From positions 35,735 through 99,734 of the forward strand of contig ONRC01000005.1 in NCBI GenBank assembly GCA_900320085.1: a stretch of DNA of 64,000 nucleotides, read 5' to 3'. The notes beneath the pieces are model-generated. The model saw only the letters and a list, made by a program, of their open reading frames with translations, searched no databases and was not told the DNA's origin. The position numbers and the translations under genes were made by a program. The DNA is from an uncultured Eubacteriales bacterium. Lineage in GTDB: Bacteria; Bacillota; Clostridia; Christensenellales; Aristaeellaceae. Of the stretch, positions 63,571 through 64,000 are shown in pieces. How positions within the stretch are numbered: the stretch's first letter is position 1; each line of letters opens with the position of its first letter.

Positions 63571-64000
63571 TTAACGGGCTTCGTAGCGGTCCAGAGCGCC
63601 CTGACGGATTTCCAGGATCTTGGTCAGGTTCAGGGAATCGAAGCCGGCCAGGTAGGCTTCCCAAACGGCGTCGTCCGCGATGTCCTTGGAGCCGGTGATG
63701 AACGCGGCGTAGTTCTCGGCCACATAGGTGTTCAGGTTGCTGTTGCCGCCCAGCAGGTCCAGCTTGTCGCTTTCGTCGGTGGTGAAGGTGATGCCCACGG
63801 GCCACTTCCAGCCGCCGGTGACGGCCAGGGTCTTTTCCTTCACGGCTTCGTCAGCGAAGTATTCGTCCTTGCCGAAGGTGTAGAAGAAGGCGTCGTTGGC
63901 TTCGATAGCAGTCTGGCTGTTCTTCAGGTACAGCAGGTTGGTGGCCTGGATGCAGCTGTTGCCCCAGGTAGCGCCGTTGTACTTGGTCATGGGGTCGTTG
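63571..64000 (-). CDS. Extracellular sugar-binding protein of the LplABC-type transporter; partial, 5' end outside the window
   Basis: The open frame continues to the window edge. The C-terminal segment ...WEAYLAGFDSLNLTKILEIRQGALDRYEAR is typical of large lipoprotein LplA-type SBPs. Operon position is upstream of two permeases. Confidence 0.6.
   Translation of the reverse strand, partial: NDPMTKYNGATWGNSCIQATNLLYLKNSQTAIEANDAFFYTFGKDEYFADEAVKEKTLAVTGGWKWPVGITFTTDESDKLDLLGGNSNLNTYVAENYAAFITGSKDIADDAVWEAYLAGFDSLNLTKILEIRQGALDRYEAR

Overview
High-GC (roughly 60%) Clostridia-type chromosomal window. Gene content and repeat style resemble gut Oscillospiraceae/Ruminococcaceae, but the taxon is inference only. 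I support about 50 CDS, nearly all on the minus strand. Most are core housekeeping: gyrB and gyrA, rpoB-rpoC, dnaE, argG, tgt, cca, hup, the yabM-like/mazG(yabN)/yabO block, and mscL. Carbohydrate modules are also present: an Opp-type ABC importer next to a GH130 mannosylglucose phosphorylase and a cellobiose 2-epimerase, and a GH2 + GH88 + LplABC-type sugar ABC cluster. There is one clear TPP riboswitch upstream of thiT, several sigma-A type promoters, intrinsic terminators and an ARG-box palindrome upstream of argG. I saw no rRNA, tRNA, CRISPR array, transposase or prophage genes. The unusual content is mostly non-coding. Almost every intercistronic gap longer than about 60 bp is filled by modular, nested palindromic repeats. 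The most notable is a three-copy 275-680 nt element whose sub-modules show several compensatory base-pair changes, making it a candidate structured RNA or nested MITE system. A second set consists of long hairpins whose arms are tandem 7-nt units with unrelated unit sequences. Gene-level oddities: an orphan DNA methyltransferase translationally coupled to a membrane-anchored, peptidoglycan-binding barnase-like RNase; an anti-sigma-like / sigma / AgrC-like kinase triad coupled by overlapping codons to dnaE; a secreted unknown protein between gyrB and gyrA; and a poly-acidic C-terminal tail on RpoB. All functional calls rest on motif recognition by eye from the supplied translations; no database search was run.
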